From NCBI RefSeq assembly GCF_001194135.2, contig NC_068982.1:64996303-65060302 (forward strand): a stretch of DNA of 64,000 bases, given 5' to 3'. The translations under genes and the position numbers were made by a program. Numbering within the stretch: the first letter of the stretch is position 1; every line of letters starts with the position of its first letter. The stretch comes from Octopus bimaculoides (lineage: Eukaryota). Positions 50,274 through 64,000 of the stretch are shown one piece after another. The notes under the pieces are model-generated. The model saw nothing but the letters and a program-made list of their open reading frames with translations, had not been told where the DNA came from and made no database searches.

Positions 50274-53225
50274 AGAACATTTTGTAAACAAACTTATAAG
50301 TGCCACATGCGTCGCTTCTTTCCATCTTCCAAAGGGTATTTACCTGATTCTTCAAGCTGTTCTCACAGCCTTCTCGTGTTCATGAATTCCCATATTTGAT
50401 ACATACTTACACGCACGCACACACACACACACACACACATGGGCACAGGCATAGGCACATGGTACCTTGGGTAAGTGCTTTCTATAATAGTCCTGGGTGA
50501 TTAATGTCTTGTGAATGAATATGGTAAATGATGGAAACTGTATGGAAACCCATCATGGAGTGTGCATGTGTGTATGTGTGTGTGCATGCATGACAGCCCA
50601 AATAAACTGAGAGGAAAACTGAGTATAAGAGGAATCGGGTGTAGTGTGCAAGAAAGAAGATTGCTTTGATATAGGCATGTGACGTGCATGCCTGTGCTCA
50701 AAGTAAATGGAATCTATGGAAGAAGGAAACTGAGGAAGATTTGGCATTAAATGATCAAATCAGATTTGAGTTTGTTACGCCTCACAAAAGAGGTAACAAA
50801 GGATTCATTGATTGGTAGTAAGGCTGCTAGGGAGAAGACCTGCTTGCCTTCTCAGGCTAGGCAAAACAACCAGTAAAATTATGTCAGATTATGTTTATAC
50901 AGGTATGTACCACGTAAGACCTGTTGAGGCAAGTGAATTTGAAATCGAAATCAAACCAAATTTGACGACTGGCACCCATGCCAACCTTTCCTTCATTGGA
51001 CACTAAACTCTGCTTGCGAAGACCTGTTGGGGCAAGTGAAATCGAAATCGCAATTGAACCATATTCGATGACTGGCACCTGTACCAGAGGAGCACTAAAA
51101 GCACTATCCAAGTGTGATCATGCCAGAGCAGCTGTCTGGCTTACATGCTAGTGGCACGTAAATAGCACCATTTGAGTGTGATCATTACCAGCATGGCCTT
51201 ACTGGCACTTGTGCCAGTGGCATGTTAGAAAATCATTCGAGCGAGGTCGTTGCCAGTGCTGCTGGACTGGCTCCTGTNNNNNNNNNNTCATTCGAGCGAG
51301 GTCGTTGCCAGTGCTGCTGGACTGGCTCCTGTGCAGGTGGCACGTTAAAAACACCATTTTGAGCATGGCTGTTGCCAGTAGTGCATGACTGGCCCTCGTG
51401 CTGGTGGTACGTAAAAGCACCCACTACTCGGAGTGGTTGGCGTTAGGAAGGGCATCCAGCTGTAGAAACTGCCAGATCAGATTGGAGCCTGGTACAGCCA
51501 TCCAGTTCACCAGTCCTCTGTCAAATTGTTCAGCCCATGCTAACATGGAAGGCAGACGTTAAACGATGGTGATGATGATGATAAAATGGTGTACATATAT
51601 GCATGCATTTCTGCCTATTGTATGGTCAACATCATTGACTTTTTGATAGCCACTCTCTCTTTAACACCTATATCACTCACACCTTTGTCACTTCTGCCTT
51701 GTTCCTTGCATCACATGTCTCCATCACTCATTCTGTCTAGTGCCTATACCAGAGTCACCCATGTCTCTTTTGCCTAAGCCTTATCTCTCTCGCTCATACT
51801 GCCTGCACCGATGCCCCTATTACTCATCACTCACTCACACCCACTTACCAAAAGCACTGCACCATACTGTCGGTTTGACTAAGGAAGATGGCAGATCTCT
51901 CTCTTCTGTCTGCCACACATTGTACTGATTTGTATTCTTTCATCCATACTCATACTCAGTAGATTTCTTCTGGTCACCATACATTGCTTCCAGTCAAGAT
52001 ACCCTACACCTTTTTTGACTCTTTCTTCATTCTTTTATGCAACTCACTGGTACTCAATTCATCTACTTTCCAACTGCCATGCCACCACCTTCATCATACA
52101 ATCCCTCTGGCCCATCCCTTCGTCTATGTGTATGTGGACATATTGCACCACATGTGTTCAGTTAACTTGGCCTTGTCCTTCCCTTCCTGTAAGCCAATCA
52201 CCACCTTGTGTCACCTTTTCATATACCTTTTCTCTTGGGCCTCTGTCATTGCTTTATCCCCTGGTCACAGACATAGACACCTGCCAACTCCCCACTGTTT
52301 CAGTCGTATTGTCCTCAATATTGGTACCTATCTCAAAATACTGAGCACTCCTTATCACTCATCCTGCCACTACACATCCTTCTCATCACTATCATTCATA
52401 TTTCTGGCACTCATACTTCTCAATTTGTAAAGAAGTGGATGAGTGAGCAGAGACTTGGAGTTGTGAAATTCCTTTAGTTGTGATGAGGACATGGCTACCT
52501 CTCTAGTACTGGTACCACAAAAAATGTGCCCAGTTCACTTTGTAAAATGGTTGATGTTCAGAAGGACATTTTGCTGTAGAAAGCCAAATCAAAATGAAAC
52601 CTGAGGTAAATGTAATACCTCTGACCTGTCTAGGTGAGCAAGCCTGTTTAACCCATGTAAGGAGATATAAACACACACACACACATTTATATATATATAC
52701 ATATATANNNNNNNNNNNNNNNNNNNNNNNNNNNNNNNNNNNNNNNNNNNNNNNNNNNNNNNNNNNNNNNNNNNNNNNNNNNNNNNNNNNNNNNNNNNNN
52801 NNNNNNNNNNNNNNNNNNNNNNNNNNNNNNNNNNNNNNNNNNNNNNNNNNNNNNNNNNNNNNNNNNNNNNNNNNNNNNNNNNNNNNNNNNNNNNNNNNNN
52901 NNNNNNNNNNNNNNNNNNNNNNNNNNNNNNNNNNNNNNNNNNNNNNNNNNNNNNNNNNNNNNNNNNNNNNNNNNNNNNNNNNNNNNNNNNNNNNNNNNNN
53001 NNNNNNNNNNNNNNNNNNNNNNNNNNNNNNNNNNNNNNNNNNNNNNNNNNNNNNNNNNNNNNNNNNNNNNNNNNNNNNNNNNNNNNNNNNNNNNNNNNNN
53101 NNNNNNNNNNNNNNNNNNNNNNNNNNNNNNNNNNNNNNNNNNNNNNNNNNNNNNNNNNNNNNNNNNNNNNNNNNNATATATACATATATATACATATATA
53201 CATATATATACATATATACATATAT

Positions 53226-53260
<35 letters not shown>

Positions 53261-53784
53261 GATGACATACACTTGTACTATTTACTATTTCTGTGGCCTC
53301 CATTTTAAAGATGGCTGAATAGGTAGTTGAAGGAGATTTTATGTTTATGTTGAACAAAGTCAAGTTACAACAGAATTGCCTTGTAGTTTCAGATGTTTAC
53401 TCATTGACTTGTGACTCAGTCTATCACACCTGCATTAGATAAGTTAGGTATTGATTGTTTCACTCAAAATATTGACTGACAAGCTTGATGTTGATGGAGG
53501 GAGGGATGGAGGGAGTAAGTGCGTAAGAGAGAGAGAGAGATGAAGTGAGGTAATAAGTGTCTGAGAACCTCTTACTATTGCTCTGATTGGTGAAATTATA
53601 ATGAAAATTGTTTCTTCTATTGCAAAGAGTTACAATGACCAGATGGGTGGATACAATGTTAGAGATTTAGTTCATGAATTATGGCACTATTTTCCAGTAT
53701 GCAACACACACAATGTTGTGTATTTACAAAATCACTTGACTTCATAATTGCTGAATTATTAAACTAACCATGACACACACATAT

Positions 53785-53828
<44 letters not shown>

Positions 53829-55537
53829 ATAACACAAACACACATACACACACATATCTGACCATCATTATTACTTAATGCCTACTAAAATAATGATGAT
53901 AATATATGTTATACAACATATATACACACATATACACACACATAACTAAACTCACTCACACATAAATATGTAACATACACACAGTTTTTATGTTTGCATA
54001 ATGCCATAAAATTATGTAATGTAAGTAGAGTGAACAAAGAGTACTCAACATGTTTAATAAAGTAGATTAATGTTATTGCTTCAGTTGATTACTTTCCCAC
54101 AGCTTAGAAGCTTGAGTTTCAAATACCCTTCACATGAAGAATGCTTCACCAGTATAAAACTAGTACACACACACACACACATATAATCTTTTACTTGTTT
54201 CAGTCACTTGACTGTGGCCATACTGGGGTGACACTTTGAAGGAGTTTTAATCAAGTGAATCAACCCCAGTCTTTTTTTTTCTTTGAGCCTGGCATTTATT
54301 CTATTGGTCACTTTTGCTGAAACACTAAGTTATGGGGGGCATAAATAAACCAACATCGTTTGTTAACCAGTGATGAGAGACAAACACAAACAAATTGACA
54401 CACACACACATGTATGTATACATACATGTGATGGGCTTCTTTCAGTTTCTGTCTACCAAATCCACTCATACAGTTTTGGTCAGCCCACAACTATAGTAGA
54501 ATACATGTGCCCAAGGTACCATGCAGTGAGACTGACCTTGGAATCATGTGGTCGAGAAGCAAACTTCTTACCACATGGCCACACCTGCACATATTTATAT
54601 AAATTGAGATAAAAACATGCACTTGTGCATAAATACATTTATACATATAAACATGTACATCTGTACAATTTCAGTCAAATAAATTTGACTCACAATCTGG
54701 GCCTATTGAAGAAGACACTTGTCCAAGGTACCCTATTATGTGATCGAACTCAAAACCATGTGATTCTGAAGCAAATGTAACCTCAGAGCCATGATTGCAC
54801 GCACGCACGCACGCACGCACGCACACGCACACACACACACACACACACACACTAGCAACAAAGAGTCTCTCTCTCTCTCTCTTTCTAAAGGACATACTGT
54901 ATGATGCTTGTGTATGAAGTATGATGCTGCATGGTAGCAAAATATGAACACTGAATATGGGGGATGTAGGAAGATTAGAAAGAAATTAGGGAGGCATGTT
55001 CCACTGGATATGCAATGCTTGTGTCAGTAAACGACAGATCACAAATGAACAGAGGAAAAACTGAGTATGAGAAGAATTACAAATTATGTACAAGACGTGA
55101 TTTGTTGGGGCATATGATGCATATTCAGGATGAAGGCTCGATAAAGATGTGCCAAACAATCCAAATAGAAGAAGCCATATACATGTGTGTGTGTGTGTGT
55201 GTGAGCAATGTAACCAAGAATCTTTTCTATAACACTAAACCTGTTCCTGCTGCCCCTTTATACATTAATCTCTCAGTTGGTGTGGGGTTGAGGGGTTCTT
55301 TTAATCTTGCAAGTCTTACAAAGCAGCCTCATTAGAGTTAGTGTCATGAAAAAAAATGAATCCAATACACTCTATAAAGTGGCTGGTATTAAGAAAAGCA
55401 TCTAGCTGTAGAAACCATATGAAAACTGAGATACTGAAGCAAGACAGGATCCTCTGAACCTATTGAGTCCTGTCAANNNNNNNNNNAGCATGAAAAGCAT
55501 AGATAAAATGTATAATTATGCACACGCACGCATGTAT

Positions 55538-55602
<65 letters not shown>

Positions 55603-57299
55603 TTCTGCCTGCCAAATTCCACACATAAACCAGAGCTATAGAAGACCCTTGTCAAACCAGGGCTATAGAAGACCCTTGCCTAAACTGCTATATAGTCAGA
55701 TCAAATCTCAAACCAGGCATGGACAACACTTTTCAAGAAGCAGACCACATGAAACATGGTTCATCATTAGGCCAGTTCTGCTACTGAAAATGTCATGGTC
55801 ATTATAAAATTATAATATTCATGATCCATGCTAGCATGGTTTGGACAGTTTGACAGAATCTAAAAGGCCCAAAGACTGCATCATGTCCCAATGTCTGCTT
55901 TGGTGAGATGACTATGGCTGGATGCTCTAATACCAACCACTTTACAGTGTATTATGGGTGCATCTTTTTATGTGACACCAGCACTAGTGAGGTTTCCATG
56001 AATCTTGCAAGACTAAGACCTCTTTTGATCAAGTGGGAATATAGTAGAGAGGGAGGTGATTCTAGGTCATCCCTCTGATTCTGTAAACTTATAATTAAAG
56101 ACATTTGATTTTTTTGTATATGGTTACAACATAATCAAATTTGTCTCTAAGATTTGAAGGTATTTTGGCTGCTATTTCTCTCAGCAGAGTGCTTAGAGAG
56201 AGGATTCCTAGTTAGTATGGAAATTATCTTTTAATTAGGCATAAAAATATTTTCAGTTCAAAATCCGCAAAGACTGACTTCTCCATTTATTGACTGGAAT
56301 CAATTTAAGTGATTCTTTCTTCATCTCTTAAAAAAAAAAATCATTAAGCTCATAAAATATCATTATAGGACATTGACAGAAACATTACAATGGTTGGGAA
56401 AAAATACCTTGTAGTATTTGTCCTATCTCTTGATTCTCTTTATTGAAGAAGACACTTGTCCAAGGAATCCTATTGTGTGATCGAATTCAAAACTATGTGG
56501 TTCTGAAGCAAATGTAACCTCATACTATGTTTGCACACAACACACACACATGCTAGCAACAAAGGGTCTCTCTCCCTCTCTTTCTCTTTGTAAAGGGTAC
56601 ACTGTATGAACCAACCTTGCCTTCCTTTCATCCTTTTGGAATCAATGTAGTAAAATGCCAGTGAAATACTGAGGTTCAACAAGCTGCACCCCTCCCTACC
56701 TCTGCTTCATTAGTTTCCTCAGCATTGCTAAGCTTTGTACCTAAGTTAGGAACAATTATTATTTTATCATTATCATCATTATTTAACATCCACTTTTCCT
56801 TGATTACATGGGTCAGAGGGAATTTGTTGAGGTAGATTTTCTAAGGCTGGATGCCCTTTCTTGTGGCCAGCCCTCACCTGTTTCTAAGCAAAGTAATATT
56901 TTTCCCATAGCCAGACACTTTCACAAAAAGACTGGAAACAAGCTGCATTGCTTGTATGGTGGTGATGTTTGTATGCAACTATTGCATAATATGCAGACAA
57001 GGAGACAAACAAAGATGCACTTACACTCCCCCACACACATACTTTTTCAGTTTCTGCCCACCATATCTACTCACAAGGCTTTAGTTATTATAGAAGATGC
57101 TTGCCCAAGGTGCCATGCAGTGAGACTGAACCTGAAACCACATGGTTGGGAAACAAGCTTGACAATTACACAGCCACATCTGCTCCTGTTAAGATGATAT
57201 AACAGATTGTAGTGAAACTACCTCCCACCATTAGATACAAACTACTATCGCCATTACATACAATCTTTTCATTTAAATATAAATAAATGCGAGCGTAGT

Positions 57300-57500
57300 A
57301 GAGAACCCATTCCTTGTCATCACGTGACTGATTATTATTCGAATCGGCAACTTCTTCGAACCGTTCCCGCCAGAACGCAAACTGACCAATTACAGCCCCT
57401 AATAAGGTTACGTGATAGAGTATTAAACTGAAGCCATCGGGAGCCAATAGTTTGTTATAAATAGCTTTAACTCATACCCAACAAATTTGTCTCGGTCCAG
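57300..57500 (+). promoter_or_regulatory. Pol II promoter: E-box TCACGTGA, two CCAAT boxes, TTACGTGA and TATA box
   Basis: TCACGTGA 57320-57327, CCAAT 57386-57390, TTACGTGA 57408-57415, CCAAT 57444-57448, TATAAATA 57456-57463, all within a CpG-retaining zone. Confidence 0.75.
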
Positions 57501-57577
57501 TTTCTCTTTGAGAACTGTTCCGTGTACCACACGACAGCAGCAGCAGCCAGCGACCACTTCAGCAGCTTCGTCCAGCC

Positions 57578-57762
57578 ATGATGACCNNNNNNNNNNNNNN
57601 NNNNNNNNNNNNNNNNNNNNNNNNNNNNNNNNNNNNNNNNNNNNNNNNNNNNNNNNNNNNNNNNNNNNNNNNNNNNNNNNNNNNNNNNNNNNNNNNNNNN
57701 NNNNNNNNNNNNNNNNNNNNNNNNNNNNNNNNNNNNNNNNNNNNNNNNNNNNNAAAGAACTG
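57578..57762 (+). CDS. Candidate first coding exon, mostly hidden in a gap (MMT...RT)
   Basis: cagccATGATGACC Kozak-like start about 115 nt after TATA; possible donor CTG|GTATAA after the gap at 57587-57753. Confidence 0.45.
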
Positions 57763-59669
57763 GTATAATTGCTCACGTGTTATTGACTCTTTCTATTTGC
57801 TGTAATAACTCACATACACATACATGTATCACTCACATACACACTTTTCTTTGTACGACGGCCTGTCTTTGATTATGTTATTATATGTCGCATTCACACT
57901 CACACACAGACATACATCTTTAACGCTACAATAAATATCTCTGTTATTTATCTAATACGGTTGTGGTCTTTCATTACTGGTCACATATGTTATCGTCGCA
58001 TAACATATCTTGTATATCATCATCATCATTGACATATAATTGTGTGTTCGACCGTGTGACACGTTTAAATAAAAGGAGTCCTCTGTTTTTCCATTCGTCA
58101 CCATATCTCCTTTTTGAGTTCGCACGGTCGTTCCTTACAAGATACAGACAGTAAATATTTAATATTGCTTTGTAGTGTCCTAGTTCAGTGTTTCACTTTT
58201 CTATGTTCAAAACCTAGTAGAATTGACTTCATTTTATTGAAGTTGTTGTTTAGCCCCAGGTCTCAGCCCGAAGTGAGCAGAATTGTGATCAAAGACATCC
58301 AAGTGATGCCCAATTTATCTTTTTCATGGGCATTGTATATCTAGGACTACATTATGCAGGGACAGCCGAGTAGCCAAGAAGTTTGCTTTGCAATCATATT
58401 GTCCCAAGTTTGATCCTACTCACAGCACTTTGGGCAAATGTCTTCTACCATAATCTCAGGTTGTGAGTGAAATTTGATAGATGGAAACTGCAGAATCCAT
58501 CATAAGCATAACTAAGAACACTTGCTGAGAATCCTGGTTTGATATTAAACAGGAAAAAACTCCCCACAAAAACCTACATTTCCTAGATTCCCACCTCCCC
58601 TCGATCCTTAGGTCTCATATGGCTGGTTACTCAATTTCCATGGCATGTAAGTGACCCAAGTTACAACATGGCCCTGAATGGGATACCAGTCTATTCAAGG
58701 CCAACAATTTTGAGGAGAGGGGAAAAGTCAATTACATTGATCCCAGTACTTGGCTGGTACTTTATTTTATCAGACCTGGAAAGATGAATGGCAAAGTTGA
58801 TTTTGACAGGATTTGAACTCAGAATGTAAAGACCTGCAAGAAATACCACTAAGCATTTTGTCCAATATGCTAATGATTCTATCAGTTCACTGCCTTACAT
58901 TTCTAAGATTGTGAGGTGTAGTTTGAGAAATATTTGGCTGCTGTTTCAAGTAGGTTGATCAACCTCAAAGAGGTTCCTTCATTAGTCTATTCTCCATTAC
59001 TCTATAACTAGAATGCAATGCTTGGGGTTGTTTCAATATAACCATCTTCTTTGCAGTATTTTAGTTATTTCTCTTTACATTTAATGTTTAAATCATACCA
59101 GATTCAATGTCCCAGATGCCTTTCATCCATCTAGAACTAATAAAATAAGTACCAGTCATAAATTTGGGTTGATATAATCCACTATATCCTTTCTCTTGAA
59201 CCCAGAAATCAATATTACCATATTCCTATATTCATGTGGATGCTAGTTTTACTTTGCAACTTATTCCAGTATTTTCAATACTTCCATATTAATTATTTAA
59301 TTTGTTCTCATTGGAGTTTTTAATTCTTCCTGTTGGTACTGTGTGGAGGTAGAGAAGCACTGCCAGACTTACTGCTGCCTCAGTTGGTGGTTTATCTTTG
59401 TAAAATTATTACTTTCAGGAAGCAGATTGGCAACATGGGACACATAGGATAGGCCAGCAATTTCTGAAACCAATATTTATTATACTATTATGTGCAATAA
59501 TGGATAATCATAAAATGTTTCCTGTTGGATATTATTGGCAATCCAAAAGCATTATTAAAACAGCCACACATTAATACAATAACAGAGGACTATTACCAAC
59601 TGAAAATTGTACTGTACTTTTTTCTTTTTGTTTCATATCACTCATTTTTTTGTTTTCACATTTTTTCAG

Positions 59670-59689
59670 GCATGTCCTACAACTATTAA
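59670..59689 (+). CDS. Candidate last coding exon, (G)MSYNY*
   Basis: Strong acceptor ttttcacattttttcag; TAA at 59687-59689; AT-rich UTR with AATAAA at 59709, 59882 and 59906. Confidence 0.45.
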
Positions 59690-60160
59690 TTAAATTTAAT
59701 GAATTATTAATAAATATCATACGGTCGATTTGTTATATTGGTATTGTGTCGAGCTGTTAGGCTTTAATTATGGATTTAAGAATATACATATACATGCATA
59801 TATACATGAACTGCAAAAAAATTTTGTCAATTCATTAAAAATATAAAACACCTAAGTTGAGTTGTTAAAAGCAAATTGACCAATAAAGAAAGAAATCAAT
59901 CAATCAATAAAAACAAGAACAAAAAATACAAAAAAAGAAAAAAAATGTTTAGTAACCAATTTTTCATCCATTTCCTTCGGTATTTGAACTTTGATGACAA
60001 TTATATTAGCAAACATAACTGACGTTTAAAATTCAGAAAAGGCTCTTTGTTCTGACAGCAGTTTAATGTCTGCTGAGGGATTGTAGAGAATTAATCCTTT
60101 TAAAACCCACATGGGTCCAGATGGCCATAGCTTCACTATGGCTTCTATAGAATTAAAGAT

Positions 60161-60218
<58 letters not shown>

Positions 60219-61059
60219 CAGACAAATCTCCCCACAGTATTCGATGCCAACATGTATTGAATGCTAGTAAAGCAACATTCCCAGAAGACCTGACAGCTAT
60301 ACCAGTCAACTAGATGAACTGAAGTATGTATTACCAAGTGCACTGCACGAATACATAATGCAATGCCTGCACTGAATTTGAACTCAAGACCTAAAAACTA
60401 ATATTGTTGTTGTTGTTTAACTCCAGGTAAGCTTAAATACAGCAGACCTATATAATTAAAACTTTGACCAACCAGTCTTTTCATATGCCCAGTACCACAT
60501 TGTTAAATATCATCATCATTTAACCCTCTAGCATTTAAATTAGCCATATCCAGCCAAAATATTCTACTTGTTTTATATTCAAACTGGCCAGACCTGGCTC
60601 CCTCACACCTATCCTACAATATCATTCTAAAAACTAACAGTTATCTCATAAAAATATATAAGGCTATAAGACAATACATGATTAATTCTAAAAATGTGAA
60701 TAAATAAGCATTACATTTGACAGAATAATCTGAATGCTAAAGGGTTAATACCCATTTTCCAAGCTGGCATGGGTTGAACAGTTTGACAAAGCTGCATCAG
60801 GCCCCAGTGTTTTATGACCGGATGCTCTTCCTAATGATAACCACTTTACAGCATGTACTGTATTCTTTTTCATGACACTGGCACCAGTGAAGTCATAAAG
60901 CAACTTGCAAGACAAGAAAAAGCCCCATCAACTAAGTGGGAGTGTATTTGAGAAAGTGGAAGGTGGCTCAATGATATGATAGAGGGACAAGCACAGATGT
61001 CTTGCTATAGAGGAGAGATACATGGCTACCCTACATTATATTAGGGTAGGGTGAGAATA

Positions 61060-61275
61060 GTGGAGGTGCAATGGCCCAGTGGTTAGGGCAGTGGACTCGC
61101 GGTCGAGGGATCGCGGTTTCAATTCCCAGACCGGGTGTTGTGTGTGTTTATTGAGCGAAAACACCTAAAGCTCCACGAGGCTCCAGTAGGGGTGGGGTGG
61201 CGACTCCTGTTGTACTCTTTTGCCCCAACCTTCTCTCACTCTTTCTTCCTGCTTCTTGAGTAAAGCTGCGATGGA
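61060..61275 (+). mobile_element. tRNA-derived SINE sharing the head and body of the young family, cut by a gap
   Basis: gtggaggtgcaatggcccagtggttaggg...ggtttcaattccc. Confidence 0.88.
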
Positions 61276-61522
61276 NNNNNNNNNNNNNNNNNNNNNNNNN
61301 NNNNNNNNNNNNNNNNNNNNNNNNNNNNNNNNNNNNNNNNNNNNNNNNNNNNNNNNNNNNNNNNNNNNNNNNNNNNNNNNNNNNNNNNNNNNNNGACATA
61401 CGCCATAGAAACCGGGAAACCGGGCCCATGAGCCTGACTAGGCTTTAAAAGGGTGCATAAAAAAAAAAAAGGGTGAGAATAACTGGAATAGAGATAAAGA
61501 GGGTGGTGACAGGGTACTAGAG

Positions 61523-61714
61523 CACCGTTTTTCAAACTTTTTTATCACAACCCATTTTATTTATCTCACAGCCCATTGAAGGGTCAGGACCCACAGTTTG
61601 AAAAACACTGGTTTATATTCTGCATGTTACACCCGCTTGCATTTTTTTTTCTTTCCTTCTTTTTTGTTACAACCCATTTTATTTTTCTCGCAACCCACAG
61701 TTTGAAAAACGTTG
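61523..61714. mobile_element. hAT-type MITE
   Basis: TIR caccgtttttcaaact / agtttgaaaaacgttg; 8-bp TSD tactagag; internal extra TIR copy at about 61590-61610. Confidence 0.88.
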
Positions 61715-62719
61715 TACTAGAGCATACTCTCAAGGTACAACAAGGTGAATATGATAAAGAATACTGACTGGATCAGGAGGGAAGGAAAGAGTCAGTAATT
61801 TAATAAAAGTGTGGGAGAAGAGTGACAGTTAAAGTTGAGGCTAAATGTAGCCAAAAAATGAGCAAGGGTGGAGATGTGGTTGATGGTGAATTCAGTATGG
61901 AGAGGGGAGGTGAGAGAGATAGAAGTGGCCCAGGAAAGAAGAAGTGATAAGCAGTGGTACAGAATGTGTGGAGAGCAGTAGCATCATAAATCTGTAGAGA
62001 AATCAGAAAGTAGGGAAATGATGTGTAGGATGTGATCTGAGAGAGATCTGGTGGTCTCTTAAAAACAGATCAAGCAACAATGTAGAAGATTCCCTTATGG
62101 GTTATATTTCTTCTATTCATCACAACTTTCTCAGAAAACTTTGGCAGTTATTTTTCCAGTTAGATAAACTGAAATTACATTGAATAGAGTGTGTTGTACA
62201 GAGAGACATAATGAAAAGTTTTCAGAGAATTTGAACTTATGACACCTAAGCTGGCATTCAAATATTCCAATATTCTATGCATTTCACTTCTAGATTTTTT
62301 ATGAGATAGAGGTTAACCAGAAGTCCACACTTTTTAGTTCATTGAGGTAGATTTTCTATAGCTTGATCTCTTCCTATCACCAACCCTTACCTGCTTCCAA
62401 GCAAGGTAATATTTCTCCTATGGCCAGACATGTTTGTGCAGAATATTGGAAACGAATGACACTACTCATATGGCAGTGACACTCATTTACAATTATCACA
62501 CAATGCCAAGACAAGGAGACACAAACATATACACTGATACACACTCAACAGATGTCTTTCATTTTCCACCTAACAAATCCACTTAGAAGGCCTGAGACTG
62601 TAATAGAAGACACTTGCCTAAGGAGCCATGCAGTGGGATTGAACTCGAAACCATGTTTAGGGAGCAAACTTCTTAACCACACAGCCACATCTGTGTCTCT
62701 AGTATGAAGACATAAATAT

Positions 62720-63500
62720 ACAATACCCATCAGGTATGTGGACTATAGGCTTGAACAACAGATACATAGGAAAACTTTGAGAATTTAATGGAAGACCTAA
62801 AAAACAACTCTACTAAAATCTAACAAGTAGTGTAATACAAATAAAATTCATTGCAATACAAGACTCCTTATCTAGATAAACATTCACATACAAAACGAGA
62901 AGCAGGTCATGTCCATTTACAAAGACACAAATAAATGCATATATTTATGTGGGTGTCTGAACAAACGCAAAATATCAGTGACAAAAATCCTAAAATAGAA
63001 GAGCATTTGGATTCTCTTCTACAAAGAGAAACAAACTACAAAAATCAAAGAATGAAGCAAACACTTAACAATAAATATTCTAACAAATAAAACCAAGCTA
63101 AAGAGCACTATAAAAAAAAATACAATGTAATAAATATATCAGACATCATCATCAATTTGAAATACATAAACCATACATAAAATGTATTATATGGACCAAA
63201 TGTGTAGTAATTATAGAACAGATGAATGCATTATCAAAAACCTCATAAAAGAGAACATAATATACATTATACCAAACCACAAATTAACTAATGATATACT
63301 AGGAAAACACTAAAAGTAAGAATTTTTTTTATCAGAAACAATTCACAAGCACGTAAACCTGTGAACAAACTGTTAATGACCAATGTAATTTGTAAATCTA
63401 ACTGAAAATGTAGAAGATGTGAACTTTATGATTGAAATGTTATAATGGCCATACAAATCAAGACACCCTCTAGTCAACTCAACAAGGAACAATTGCAATG
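62720..63500 (+). mobile_element. Decayed Penelope-like RT/GIY-YIG fossil
   Basis: Remnants resembling RYVDD, IKF, SIYK-NT and the downstream linker; many stops. Confidence 0.5.
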
Positions 63501-63902
63501 CTCTTCACCACATGACACAAAACAAAACTAGATAGAAAAACAGTAGATAACACATTTGTACTATCCAGGACTCACTACAAAAATAGAAAAATAGACAATG
63601 ATGGAAGCAGTACTCATAACATAGCTCAACACTAAAATAGAGACAAGATACTTGAGTGACTAAAATAAAAAAAAAATACAACACAAAAAGAATCAGCCCC
63701 CCAAACCCCACCCATCTGATGATTATATATATATATATTATTAAGACAAGGAAGTAAATTCCCTTAAGGGATGCGAGCATCCTAGTTCTTTGGCTTATAC
63801 CAGCGTTCAGTGAAAACCAAGTATATTAGTTTATCATTGAAACGTATAGGTATTTAAAAAATTTTATGAATGAGAAAATGGATAAAATTGACTTACAGAT
63901 GT

Positions 63903-64000
63903 TATCTTACTTATTAAAACTGAAAGTGTGTGTGCGTATGTGTGTGTGTGTGTCGGTAAATCCCCGTTTTGTACCAAAATGGCTTGGCCGATTTTCTTAA
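63903..64000 (+). mobile_element. Probable 5' end of a non-autonomous Helitron/Helentron-like element
   Basis: atcttacttattaaaactgaaagtgtgtgtg...aaatggcttggccgatttt resembles the typical 5' architecture of such elements; truncated by the window end. Confidence 0.45.

Noticed and set aside
51230-51335. Tandem duplication across a short gap
   Set aside because: Identical sequence on both sides of Ns is most likely a contig-overlap artefact, and this repeat family has internal tandem units

Overview
AT-rich, repeat-dense eukaryotic genomic DNA with long (CA)n/(TA)n/(GA)n microsatellites and many assembly gaps. The SINE families, RTE/CR1 LINE fossils and Penelope-like fossils look like a cephalopod (Octopus-like) genome; this is an inference. 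Nearly all ORF-track entries are microsatellite, gap or retroelement artefacts. Genic signals: (i) a plus-strand terminal exon at 3606-3698 encoding a MYPT1/PPP1R12-type C-terminal leucine zipper; (ii) several phase-compatible candidate exons of an unidentified minus-strand gene between about 6.8 and 46.2 kb, with a CpG-rich NRF1/ETS/YY1/E2F motif cluster at 48.7 kb as possible promoter; (iii) a compact five-exon candidate at 13.1-13.7 kb; (iv) a TATA/CCAAT/E-box promoter at 57.3-57.5 kb driving a probable two-exon small-protein gene. The most notable observations are two minus-strand type I hammerhead ribozyme motifs (11.5 kb and 23.9 kb), the second lying downstream of a tRNA-derived Pol III head. 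There are also several template-switch-like rearrangements: a 92-bp-arm hairpin, an approximately 240-bp direct duplication flanking a CpG-rich insert, and an approximately 347-bp inverted duplication with a templated junction. Mobile-element boundaries without TSDs are approximate.
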